Below, one piece after another: positions 1-12,190 of a stretch of DNA of 64,000 nucleotides. The position numbers and the translations under genes are program-made. This DNA comes from Adineta vaga (lineage: Eukaryota; Animalia; Rotifera): assembly GCA_021613535.1 (NCBI GenBank), contig CP075494.1, positions 14,074,001 through 14,138,000 on the forward strand, written 5' to 3'. How positions within the stretch are numbered: the first letter of the stretch is position 1; each line of letters begins with the position of its first letter. The notes under the pieces are model-generated. The model saw only the letters and a program-made list of their open reading frames with translations, was not told where the DNA came from and made no database searches.

Positions 1-3000
1 AAACCTGCCGTGGTTTGTATAATGCCTTTGTCAACCGATGATGTATCATTCAATGAACAGACAAGTGATGATGATACACGACGTGTATCTGCATGCGTTG
101 ACGATGATGATGGTGATGAACCAAGTAGAAGTTGAGCAATTGTACCATGACTACAGTATTCCATAAAGAATAATATATGATCATATTCAAGAGCAATGCC
201 ACGATATTTAATTAAATTTTCATGTTTTATATGCATTAATGGTACTAATTGTTCAAGAACTTTAGCAATAGCAGCAGCATCATTATGTTGAATTTTGTAT
301 TGTTTATAGCAGAGTACTTCATTCGATTCAACAGTACATTTATATGCTAAATAGAAAATTGAATGTATTGATTTGCTTGTTTTTTTAAATATTTCTATTA
401 ACTTACTCGTTGCATATTGTCCTCGTGAAAGAAGATTTAGTTTATGAAAATTTCGTATTTTTAAATACGCTAAATCTTGTTCCATGCGTTTGGATATTGA
501 TGGCATTTTAATTGAACGTTCATCACGTTGTGTAATTTTACCAATAAGACCATCTTTACAACGTTGTCGATCAATAAGTTTATCCATGCGTTCAAGTTGT
601 TGAATTTTTGTGTAACGACTAACTTTTCGTTTGCGTTTGTCAGAATCTCGATCTACTGTTGTAGATGAATTTTGAAATGGTCTTGGAAATTTTTTCGGTC
701 GAATATGTGGATTCGTTTGTTTTGATCCACTACTATTATTACTTGGATTATTCAAGTAATGAATGGTTTTTTGCATATTATCATAGAATTTCTCAAAAAC
801 TTCATCATTTATATGTGTAGTAAATTGCATTAAACAAACATGTCGAAGAAAATGTATACCAGGCAATAACCACATGGGTAATGTTGCAGGATATTTTATT
901 GCACTTGTAGTTACTTTTTTCTTTCGAACGAAATTCAACCAAGTATTACCAAATGAAAGTTGTCTTTCAGCTTGAATTTCTAATGTATTCGCGTCTAGTT
1001 GCGTTGTATAATAACTTGTTTCTCGTATGATATCCATTGCAAATGCAAATGCACGTTCTTCAGTATGCTAGACAAAAGAAGAGTAATATGAAAATATCTT
1101 CCTTCTAAATTACTTACAACATAAGCTCGTGTATCAATTTTCCCCAAACATTCTCTCTCATTATCATTTCCAGTTTGTTTATCAATTTTCTCAATAATAT
1201 TTTCAAATTGTTCAACATTATTTGCTACACAATTACTTAAACTCAATATTGCATGTGCTAAATCACTCATTGCACGATCGATTTTTTCAAAACATGATCG
1301 TTTTTGTAAGATTTGTTCTTTTTTCGTATCAAAATTGTATAAATCATCTTGTTGAACATTTGTTTTTGATAAACGTTCTCGAAATGATGTTTCAAATTTT
1401 TCCATATTACTCGTTTGTTGTGTCAATAAAAATATCGTCGTTGTTTTCCAATTTGTATGCAAAGGTAAAACAGGTGTTAACGTTTTTTGTGCTGGTATTG
1501 TATGTGTTACTCCACGCCATTCGGATTCAACTTCATTGGATATTGGAACACAAAGTACATAAACGAGAGGAGGTGTTGTTTCCATCGGAGGATTTGATGG
1601 TTGTTGAAGTGAAGTTGGCGATTGTTGTTGAGTTTGTGTTTGTTCATCAGTTGAATCTGCGGAGGATGTATTATTAGTATTGATACGAAATGATGATGAT
1701 AATGTTCGAGCTAATTGAAGTTTTGTTGCATTATCTTCAAAATATTCAGCAGGAGCAAATAGAAGACATTGAGATGCTGATGACGAATCTTTGTGATTTT
1801 TAATTTGTGTATGTTGATATTCAGTAGCTAAATAAAAGATACTTGTCGAGAGAAGAAGAAAAATTTTTTTCAACTCGTTACTTACCAAATTTAATTCTCT
1901 CAAAACCAGCACGTTTAAGTATGAGTAAAAATCTTCGACAAACAGATTTTTGTAAATAAATATTAATTGTTAATGCACAATCATCATAGATTGCTTTTGC
2001 TTCACGTAAAATATCGATCGTTAATTTTTTTTGATATTTTTTATGCATTTTCTTTTTAATATGTTCGATTTTAATTGTTTCATTTGTTGATGTTACTGAA
2101 TGAAAAACATCGATATATTCATGAAAATGTTTGATAATATTGGAATACATATGTAGAAATTTCTCTCCAAGAACTTCTTCAGCATTCATCATAGTTGCAT
2201 ATATTTTTAATGATTTCCATTGTTCTTTAAGTAAAATAATACAATTATGAAATAGATTTGAACGTAATGATAATTCAACATAACGTTCAATATAAGTTAA
2301 CATTTCATAGAGAGTATCAACAATATTTCCATCAAATTGTGTTAATTCATCTTCAACAATTTGTATTTCAGATTTTTCTACAAACAAAAATGAAATTAAT
2401 CAAAAGCATTATTAAATATAATCTTACCGAATACATCCTTAATCATTGTTTTGACATATTGACGAATTAATGTTGCACTATGAATTAAGATTTTACATTC
2501 ATCAATGAGTAACAAAAGAGCACCTAGAAAAATGAGTAGTACAATGTTTATCTATTTTATTATTGACATTACCTGTTGTTGAAGTATGATCCATCTTTCG
2601 ATCTTGATGATATTTTTGCCAAGCAAGCATTAAATCTAATGGAATTTGTACGAGAAAAACATATTGAGGATACAATGATGGTAAATGAAATAATTCAAAC
2701 ATATCCAAAAATTTCGCTGTATCACTCCAAACATGTTTATCATAGAGACGATAACATATGGTTAACATTTTTGCGATTAATATACTTTCATCTGTTGTTA
2801 ATTGTGAAAGAGAATTTAAGGATAGATTATCAAGAAATGTGCATGGATCGGGAAAGAGAGTTGAACCAGGTAAATGTGGAAATAAAGTTGGATCAAGATA
2901 ATCAAGAAAATATGATTGACGTTTGATAATACTTCGATCGTGAGATAAAATTTTTAAAACTAATGTTGGTGCAGAAGCAGGAGGAAATGTACTTGATGTT

Positions 3001-4911
3001 AAAGTTGGATTTTGATCAAAACGATTGAGAATATTTATCACTTGATCAGGATAATTTGTTGCATTCTTCTTTTTCTTTTTATTCGCTAAATATAAAGATA
3101 CATAAAAGATTTGATCGAATTCGAAACAAACAAATTTACCAAGATTTGGATTCTTTAGTTGTTGTAATTGTTTATTTAATGTTAAAAATTCATCGATTAA
3201 TTTCTCAGCTCCAGCATCATTTAGATAATCAGTTGGAACGAGATTTGCTGGTAATAATAGATGATTTTTATATACGAAATCAAATGTTGTTGGTAACATA
3301 ATACCATTTATTCCTTGTTCTTTACGAAACATATATCGTAAACGTTGTAATAATGGACCATGTTTCGAACGAAATATTGTTGCAATTAACTCAATTCGAG
3401 CATGAGTTAATTGATCATCGATATATCTAAGAATAGAACGATCTTTCGAACAGAAACAAGATCAAATGATAATCTAACGTTACCTGTAATAATAATCGGG
3501 TAATGGTGATGTAAATGTGAGTGCTTGATGAATATTATCCATACTAGGCATTGAAGTTATTGTATGTTGTCGTTTAGTTGTTATTTCAGGTGTTGTTGAA
3601 AATGAAGATGATGTTGACATACGTGATGAATTTGATATAGATGAAAATTGTTGTTTTAATGGTGTTTGAGAAAGTAAATAAGAAGATGAATTTGATGGTG
3701 AATCAACAGAAATATCCTTTTGTTCCGTACTTGATGTTGATGATGGTGTTGGTGGACGCGATGCATTTATTGTAGTTATATCATTATGTTTTGATGTTGA
3801 TGGACATGAAACATTTGGCCATGATTGACATTGTGCACATCCCATAATACGACCGAGAACAGTAATTAAACGATTAATTTCTGAATTTAAATTAAACCAA
3901 GCTTGAAAAACGGATAATTTTTCATAAAATTTCCTTCCAGTATCAGTACGTGAATCAAAACGTTTATCATATTGTTCTAAGGCTGCATACGATGGAAATA
4001 AAGATAAAATTTGATCCCATTTATAGAATAAATTTTCCAGAATTTTATCGACTTCATTACAATAATTGATATGAAATTCACTTAAATGACGACGTTGTAC
4101 CGGCGTATCATCATATGGATAATGTGTATTTTCAAAATTACAATGCGTAAATTGAATATAAAAATTATCGAGATATTGTTTACGTTGATGATCAATTGAA
4201 CGTTGTTCTAATTCGATACCATGTTCATCGGAAGGATTTATTCCATTAAAATATCGTTTTAATTCATACCAAAGTGTTGTTGTATATTGTTTTCGTTTAT
4301 CATTATTGGTTGGATCATCATTCATACCGGATATATTCGAATGTTGTGCTGATTCGAGACAACCTCGATAATATTCCATAAATTCAGTTAATTCTTGACG
4401 ACGTACATCACCAATGGATTTTCGTCGATGACTTGTATCTGTTTTAGGATCAAAATTATTCGTACGACTTGGCGAAAAATTGTTTCTATCATTAAATTTA
4501 ATTTGTTTAGAATCTTTAAGTGAAGATTTCTTTGGACGACCAGGTCGAGTCGAATTTGATGATGCTCGATCGCGAGAATAATCATTCGACGATGGTAATG
4601 TTATATAATAACGTACGATTTTCGTTTGCTATAGGTGAAGATGGTTCAACTAAAGTTGATGTTGACTTGCCCGAATATTTTATTGATGGTCCACCGCGTG
4701 CATCATCGCCTTCTGATGTAATATCATCAATAATATCATTTAATAGATCTAAATCACCACTGCCTGATGATCGTGTAGTTAACGAATCGGTATGATGCAA
4801 ATATTGTGCAGCTATTTCACCAGATATGATAGGTCGAAGAGGAATGGGTCGAGCTTTTCGTGTTTGTTTCGGTAGTTTATTATGACGGGTACGTTTGGAA
4901 TGATTATCCAT
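1..4911 (-). CDS. MAP3K4: MAP3K4/MEKK4-like kinase, multi-exon, 3' end outside window
   Basis: Joins ORFs 4582-4989, 3480-4379, 2502-3332, 1878-2387 and 995-1912 plus exons below 995. MEKK4 N-terminal motifs (LWYELKRYFNG; WDQILSLFPSYAALEQ). Kinase N-lobe at ~1-480: LLSRGQYATTYKC...VLCYKQ...IKHENLIKYRGI...FFMEYCSHGTI. ATG at 4911 follows ttttctag. Confidence 0.8.
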
Positions 4912-4996
4912 TCTATCTAGAAAACAAAACAGAATTTTTTTTTTCTCTTTTTGTTTAACAATAAACAACAAAAACAACAACAACAACAACGGAGTT

Positions 4997-6461
4997 TTAT
5001 TCTAATGTATTTTCTTCATCATATTTTTCCATAATCGTGCGAATTAATTTGCATTTCACACGTTCACATGAACATGGAATTGGATGTTCATCTTCATCAT
5101 TTTCATCATCATCATCATCATCATTATCATCATCATCTTCTTCTTCGCTACTTGTACTATCATTGGTTGTATCCATCGCACGTTTATCAGATGATATTGT
5201 TGATGAACGTCTTCGTCGTCGTTTCTTTACGGACAATAAATTTTCATCATCCTCAGTGGTATTATTTGCACCTTCTCGAATTTTCTTCAATGAGATTGTT
5301 AGATTATAATGTCGTCGATTTTCTGATGATTGTTTTAATTTAATATTAACGGGAACAATATCACCTTTCAATGGATAAATATCTTCTGGAAGAAAAACTA
5401 ATGTTTGTTTCCAATGAGTTTTTGATGATTGTGGACTCGTTGTTAAACGTACAGAACGTAAGATAGATGAATTATTTGTTGATGAAAAATAGCAATCAAA
5501 CCAAAAACAGAATCCTGAAATAATACATGTATTATCAATTTCAAATTCACAAAATGAACGCATTGAACGAAGATCATCAATTCGAACAGTACGAAGATCA
5601 ATAGATTGTATTAATTGTGCATCATGAACAAGTTGCGATGGTTCAAGTGTTTCAATAACACATTCACGTAGATCAGAATTTTTTATATGTGGAACTAATG
5701 ATGACATATTTAAACCAAAATAATCATTCCACATTGTATTTGATTCAATACGAATATGTTGATCAACAAATGGAGCACAATACTAGAAGAAAAATAAGAT
5801 TTTTAATAATTGAATAGAAGATAAACGTTTTCAACTAACTAAATAAGCATGAGAGGGAAACATAACAATAGATTCAATTGGTTCAGGTGTCTTGTCATCA
5901 TTTGATGATGATGATATATGTAGAAAATGATCACGAGCATAGATTACTGATTCAAGCATACTTTCATGAAAAAGATAAAAACCTAAATCGAAAATTTCAT
6001 TGACACTTTCTTTATTCTATGTTGAAATTCTTACCCATCCATTCACTAATAATAATATCGATCTTATGTTCAAATTTATCAATTTCTTCTACACGTTTAT
6101 TCAATACTTTGACACGATCTTGTAAACCATTACATTGAATTAATTCTTCAGCTAATTGACATATATTTGGACAAGCATCAACAGCATAAACAAGTTTAGC
6201 ACCAGCTTTCGCAGCAAACATACTCAATATTCCTGTTCCCGATCCTACATCGAGTACGATCTAATTGAAATGGAAAATTCTTTCATTAAATTGAAGATAA
6301 TTTTAAAGATATACTTTATTTTCAAACAAATGTTTATTATTCATCATAGCATCATAATATGCAGACACACGTGGTCGATCACGTAACATTAATTCATGAA
6401 TTTCAAATTGATCATACGATTGAAAATATTGTTGATCATTAGTTGTTTGTCTAGAATCCAT
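4997..6461 (-). CDS. Type I protein arginine methyltransferase (PRMT1/3/6-like; resembles insect Art8-type)
   Basis: Spliced model has YFQSYDQFEIHELMLRDRPRV, motif I VLDVGSGTGILSMFAAKAGA, double-E loop IISEWMGFYLFHESML and THW loop KTHWKQT. C-terminus carries KKRRRRR, an acidic tract and HPIPCSCERVKC. Confidence 0.92.
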
Positions 6462-6573
6462 TATCTAGAATAAGACAGAGCAAAAAAACGAATAATAATC
6501 AATTTTTTTTCTCTCGGAAAAAAATCAGATTCTTTTATTTATCCTAAAAACAAATAATGACTATTTTTATTTA

Positions 6574-7855
6574 CTATTTATCAGATGTTTTCAAAATTTC
6601 TCCTAAGAATTTCTGTATTTCAGCATGATTTTGCCAAAGATTTTGTTTTAAAATATCTTCTTGAATTTGTTTAGCTTGAACAAGATTATTCATTTGCTTG
6701 ATTGCTGAAAGCACAGCAAGATATGTTGGCACATCTGGTTGAATTTTTCGTTGTAATTTCATTTGATCATATAATTTCAAAGTATCTTCCCATTTTCCTG
6801 ATTGATTATAATGATTCATTAATGCAACATAATTCGATACGTTTGGTTCTTTAATTTGTCTAAAATATTCTTCCGCTAGTTGATAATCGCCCGATGCTGT
6901 ATACATTGCTACAATTTGATTCATTAATTCCTATATAAATACAAATCTTAACATTCAAATTGATATTAGCAATTGCTTAAATACTTCTTACAATTGAAAA
7001 AAGAGTAATGATATCTACGAGTGGTTATATAAATTACCTTATTTTTGTTATATGTCGATGATTTTTGCTTAAGTTCTTCATGTATAGCTTTGCCCTTATC
7101 GAATGCTTTACACTTAATACAAGCTTGAATGTACAGCATATACGACATACTATTTGGTTTAAAATTATCTTTTTCTTGTATTGTATGAAATAAATCAATT
7201 GCGCGTTCTGGATATTCATTATTATTATAAGCTCTAAATATAAAATAAACACACAATGAATATCGTATGAAAGAGGAAAATGTAAATATCATCTAGAAAA
7301 TTTACGTCATTAATGAATTGTATTCTACTATTGTTCGATGTTTCAATGATTCAAACATTTCTCGAGCACTATCCACATCGCCACATTTCATATAGAAATC
7401 CTAAATAAAAGAAATCATTCGTTTTTCTTGTACTGAAATGAAATTAATCGATATACCATCAAGAGAGTTTGTATACGAGTATTTTCTCGTACAGATGAAT
7501 TCCAAATACGTCGATGAATGTATCGTCCATTATCCACATCTTTAATATCTTTGCACATTTCAAGCATACTTATATATGTAATATAATCAGGTTGAAATTG
7601 ATGTTTTCGTAAGCCAATTTCAAATAATTTTAAAGCTTTGTTACTTTCACCACGCATACGATATGCTTTTAGTCTTTTATTCCATTCGATGGTATTTTCA
7701 CAGGGAAGATTTTCTAATTCATCATTCGTTTCAAGTTCGACAGGTGCTTTTTTATTTATTAAATCTAAGATTTTTTGTGATTGATGACGACAAATAAATA
7801 ATTGTGGATTAATCAAATTTTTTAATGGATAATGAATATATTTTAACAGCGACAT
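6574..7855 (-). CDS. PLS-class (plant-like) pentatricopeptide repeat protein, ~348 aa, putative mitochondrial presequence
   Basis: Exons 7855-7457, 7400-7306, 7233-7038 and 6930-6574 splice in frame. Repeats include WNKRLKAY..GESNKALKLF / QPDYITYISMLEMC..DNGRYIH / TLLMDFYMKCGDVDSAREMFES / YNSLMTAY / KPNSMSYMLYIQAC..DKGKAIH / IVAMYTASGDYQLAEEYF / YVALMNHY / QPDVPTYLAVLSA. Confidence 0.9.
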
Positions 7856-8149
7856 AGTTGTCTATTATCTCAAGATTAAGAAAAAGATGAAATGTAGAGA
7901 AATAAAGAATATGTAGGTATATATAAATATATATATAATCACTGTTGAATTTTTAATAAATAAAAACAAAAAAAAAAAGAATGAGAAATACCACAAAATA
8001 AATATTGCACAAATATCTAACATTAATTATTACACAACGACGAAAAAAGAAGATTTCAAACATATGACTAAATAAGAGAAAAAATGTGTTCACATTTTGA
8101 ACAATAATTTCTTTGAGATTTAAAATTGATTCAGTAATTTTGATTATTA

Positions 8150-10228
8150 TTAGAATGTAAGAATGGGAATTTGATTAGATTCAAGAATATCTTTCACAAT
8201 AAACTGACATGGTAATGTTAAATATGTTAAACATGTTTGTAATGGTAGAGTTTGAATAGGTTGATTTAAACGAGAACTTGAACCACGCATCCAACTCATT
8301 GCTTGACTAAGTGTACGACCAAGGAAACCACTTGAATCATCAGCTAATTCTAAAATATAAATTCAAATGAGTAACTAATCTTTAGTAATAGAAGAATATT
8401 ACCTTGTTGAATATCCGTAGATTCAACTTCAGGTGTTGTGACATTCGATGCAATTTGTTGTTGTCGAGAAGTCGGTGGAATCCATCGACCGATAGATATA
8501 CTATCAAGTGCACGACGTTTGTTCCACTATGGATAAAACAAAGAACAAAACATTCGTAACATTGAAATTTAACGAAATGTGATTAGGAATTAACATACAC
8601 TTTCTTCATCGAAACTACTTGACATGGGTGTTGTTGGAATAGATTCTGGAGTTGTAATACCGGAGTGAATTGTTCGACATCGGCTGACTGCCATTTCTGC
8701 ATGACCTTTACCCTTTAAAAAAAAAGTAATAAATCATAAATATTTTCTTTGAAAATACAACTAATAGTAATTCATTAATATTCAGATCTTTTATAACAAT
8801 AATTTTTTTCTAAAAACATTCATACCCTCTTTGTATTTCTATCTCACTATTCTTAATTAGAAATATGTAGATTATTTCCTTGATAAACTCTACAATAGTC
8901 ATGACATTTATCATTTAATTGCTATATTGACACTTTAACATAACTATTAATTCGTTTTCTCTCATCAAACTAAGTGCATGAACTATTATTTTTACCGATA
9001 GAACAAAAAAACAAAAAAGTTCTTTCTAAATTATTACTAACTCGATAATAACATAGCTAATCGAGAGTTTTGTTTTAATGAGATCAATACCCTAGATGAT
9101 TCATCGTCGAGATCTCCTGGAAATGACTAAACTTACATTTGGTCCACGCATTCGTACAAATTCCATACGTCGTTTTGTATACATTCCTAAGGACATACGT
9201 TGAGCAACTCGAGTACTTGTTGTTGCCTGTGAAAACAAAAGATCGATAGTCTCTTGAAATATTCATATATATTTATTTCTACTCGAGTTTCATAAACTTT
9301 TTTCAAAGCTTCATATTTGATTGAACCAAGAAAAAGTACTCGTGGTTCATTTAAACGTAGATTTTTTGCTACTAATTCAACACATACCATCTGACCTTCA
9401 TTCACAACCATCTCACAAAATGTCTAAAAGAATCGATAAAAATATTTGAGTTGTTTTTTTTTCTTCTTTCATTACATCTTCGAAATTATCAACGGTAAAA
9501 TAAATATTTGGATAAGTTATTTTCTCTTCCGTTCCTTTGCTTTCCATATCGCGACGTGATGGACTCGCATAAACTTTCTAAAGAAGAATTTGTTTTTCAG
9601 ATTTTCTATGAGACAAAAAAATAACGTCATTTTCTTTCTTACAGTTGATAAACGTTTGAGAATTTGAAGATGTTTATTACTTGTTTTTGTACATACAGCT
9701 GTCGTGACGGTATATTCAAATTGATGAAGAACAAGATTAAGATTTGTTGTTTCTTCCCAATCATATTCTGGTGTTCCCTTATATCAAAAATTTATCATTG
9801 AAGAATTTGTTGAAAACAAAACGTTTGCTCACTAATCTTGGTTGACGTTTTATATCATGATGACGATAAACTTCTACCAAATGCTAAAGAATCAATGACA
9901 AATTGATTTATAGAAGAATATATTCAAGAATAATGTTTACTAATGGATGATGAAAATCATTGTCTACTTGACGTGTGACATAGAAAACTAAATCATCATC
10001 ATTTGTTGTTTGTGAGAGACGAGTTATCGGTGAAAGAAAATATGATTGAAATAATCTTGGCCATTGAGAGTTTAATTGTTGAATATGTACATAATCATCA
10101 TCTAAACGAAAACAGAAAACAAACTAAGAGAGATTTTCTTATTTTTCAAATGAAATACCTTCATCACTTTTATTCTTTCGTCGTTCATTGACCATAGCCA
10201 AAAGAAGATTTTCAATTGACAATGTCAT
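8150..10228 (-). CDS. KIAA0930: KIAA0930 (DUF2045) homolog
   Basis: Spliced translation gives DDLVFYV, YDWEETTNLNLVLHQFEYTVT, KVYASPSRR, ITYPNIYFTVDNFE, VCVELVA, LFLGSIKYEALKKVY, MEFVRMRGPNGKGHAEMAVS and C-terminal LTYLTLPCQFIVKDILE..PILTF*. Confidence 0.88.
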
Positions 10229-10691
10229 TTTATTTTATCTTTAAATGATAAACAAAAAGAAGTATTCAAATTTTTTAGAATCAATTCAAATTAATTGGTT
10301 AAGATAACCACGAATAATCGATGCAGCGAATTTCTCTTTTCGAATTTTTCAAAATACATTTGAAGATATTGTTTTGAAGAAGAAAAAAATTCTTTTCTGT
10401 GATAATGCATTTATTCAATTCGTCTATTCATTGTCACTAGTTGTATGTTGAATCACTGTTATTCCATATCTTGATAAGGAAGAAAAAAAACATGGCGTCG
10501 TTTATTTTCTCTCTCTCTCTCTCTCGTTTCTCTCGGCACGATCTCTTTTCTTTTCTCTTCTTCTTCTTTTTTTTCTTCGTCTTGATTATTATTTGTGTCT
10601 TGTATTGATTACAAACCTGCAAATGATTATTTATATTAAAACATAAGATTTCTCGAAAAAAAAAGCAGATTTGATTTCAAATAATATCGTC

Positions 10692-12190
10692 ATGGGTTGT
10701 GCGACAAGTCAAGATGAAAAGCGACAAAAAGAAGTATGTGAAGTTTATCTTTGTTCATACATATATATATATAGTTTTTATTCTTGCAGAGGATTTTAAT
10801 ATGTAAGATTTTGCCTTTATTAAAAGCTATAATAATTAACAAATTATTTTTTTTAATATTTACACTAAAAATGCTTTGTTAGAGGAGAAAGAAAGTGTTC
10901 AGTATTTTGAATGATAATATTTTCTTTTATTATGTTTTAGTATAGCAAAGCACTCGATCGATTGATAAAAGAAGATGCAGATCGAGCAGCGAAAGATGTT
11001 AAACTTCTATTACTCGGTAAGAAATTGTGAGGAAAAAAAAGAGCCGAAAAAAATTTCATCATTGAAATTCTTAGGCGCTGGTGAATCGGGGAAGTCAACA
11101 ATTGTTAAACAGATGCGTATTATTCATCAGCATGGTTATACAAAAGAAGAATTTGAACAATATCGTCCAGTTGTTTATTCGAATACAATACAATCTTTAG
11201 GAGCAATTATACGTGCAATGAATATGCTCAATATACAATTTGCATCAGCAGAACGAGAAGCTGATGCTCAACGTGTCCTTGAAGTTATTCAACGTATGAA
11301 AGATACGGAACCATTTAATAGTGAATTATTATCATCAATGGAACGTTTATGGGCTGATGCAGGTGTTCAACAATGTTTTCTTCGTAGTAATGAATATCAA
11401 TTAAATGATTCAGCGCAATATTTTCTTGATCAATTATATCGAATTGGTTCACAAGATTTTCTTCCCAATGAACAAGATATTCTAAGAACACGTGTGAAAA
11501 CAACAGGCATTGTGGAAATTAATTTTTCATTTAAAAATCTTAATTTTCGTTTATTTGATGTTGGTGGACAAAGATCTGAACGAAAGAAATGGTTTGTTTA
11601 TTTCATAAAATATTTTTTTCTTTCTCATCAATTCTTCTCTCATAGGATTCATTGTTTCGAAGATGTAACTGCAATTATATTTTGTGTTGCACTTTCCGAA
11701 TATGATCAAGTTCTTTATGAAGATGAATCAACAAATCGTATGCATGAATCATTACGTCTATTTGATAGTATTTGTAATAATAAATGGTAAGACATGTGAG
11801 AAGAAGAAAAAGAAAAATTTCTTGATTCATTGAAATATTTTTAGGTTTGTTTATACGGGTATAATTTTATTTCTCAATAAAAAAGATTTATTCGAAGAAA
11901 AAATCAAACGTTCATCATTAACAATCTGCTTTCATGATTATACTGGTCCAAATGAATATGATCCAGCAGCCGAATATATTCAAGCACAATTTGTAGCAAA
12001 AAATAAATCAACACAAAAAGAAGTTTATTGTCATCATACATGTGCTACAGATACTCAAAATGTTCAATTTGTATTCGATGCTGTTACTGATGTAAGAATG
12101 AACGGAAATTTTTCGAATGAAAATCGAACTTTTGTTTTTACTTCTTAGGTAATTATCACATTGAATCTTCGTGGTTGTGGTCTGTATTAA
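10692..12190 (+). CDS. GNAO1: Heterotrimeric G protein alpha subunit, Go class
   Basis: MGC N-terminus (lipidation sites), [54 protein letters not shown] and C-terminal NLRGCGLY*. Confidence 0.95.

Noticed and set aside
1222-5343. Plus-strand ORFs (1222-1677, 2576-2926, 4520-4795, 5037-5309, 5068-5343 poly-His/Ser)
   Set aside because: Antisense shadows of the MAP3K4 and PRMT coding exons; the poly-His is the reverse complement of (GAT)n Asp codons.
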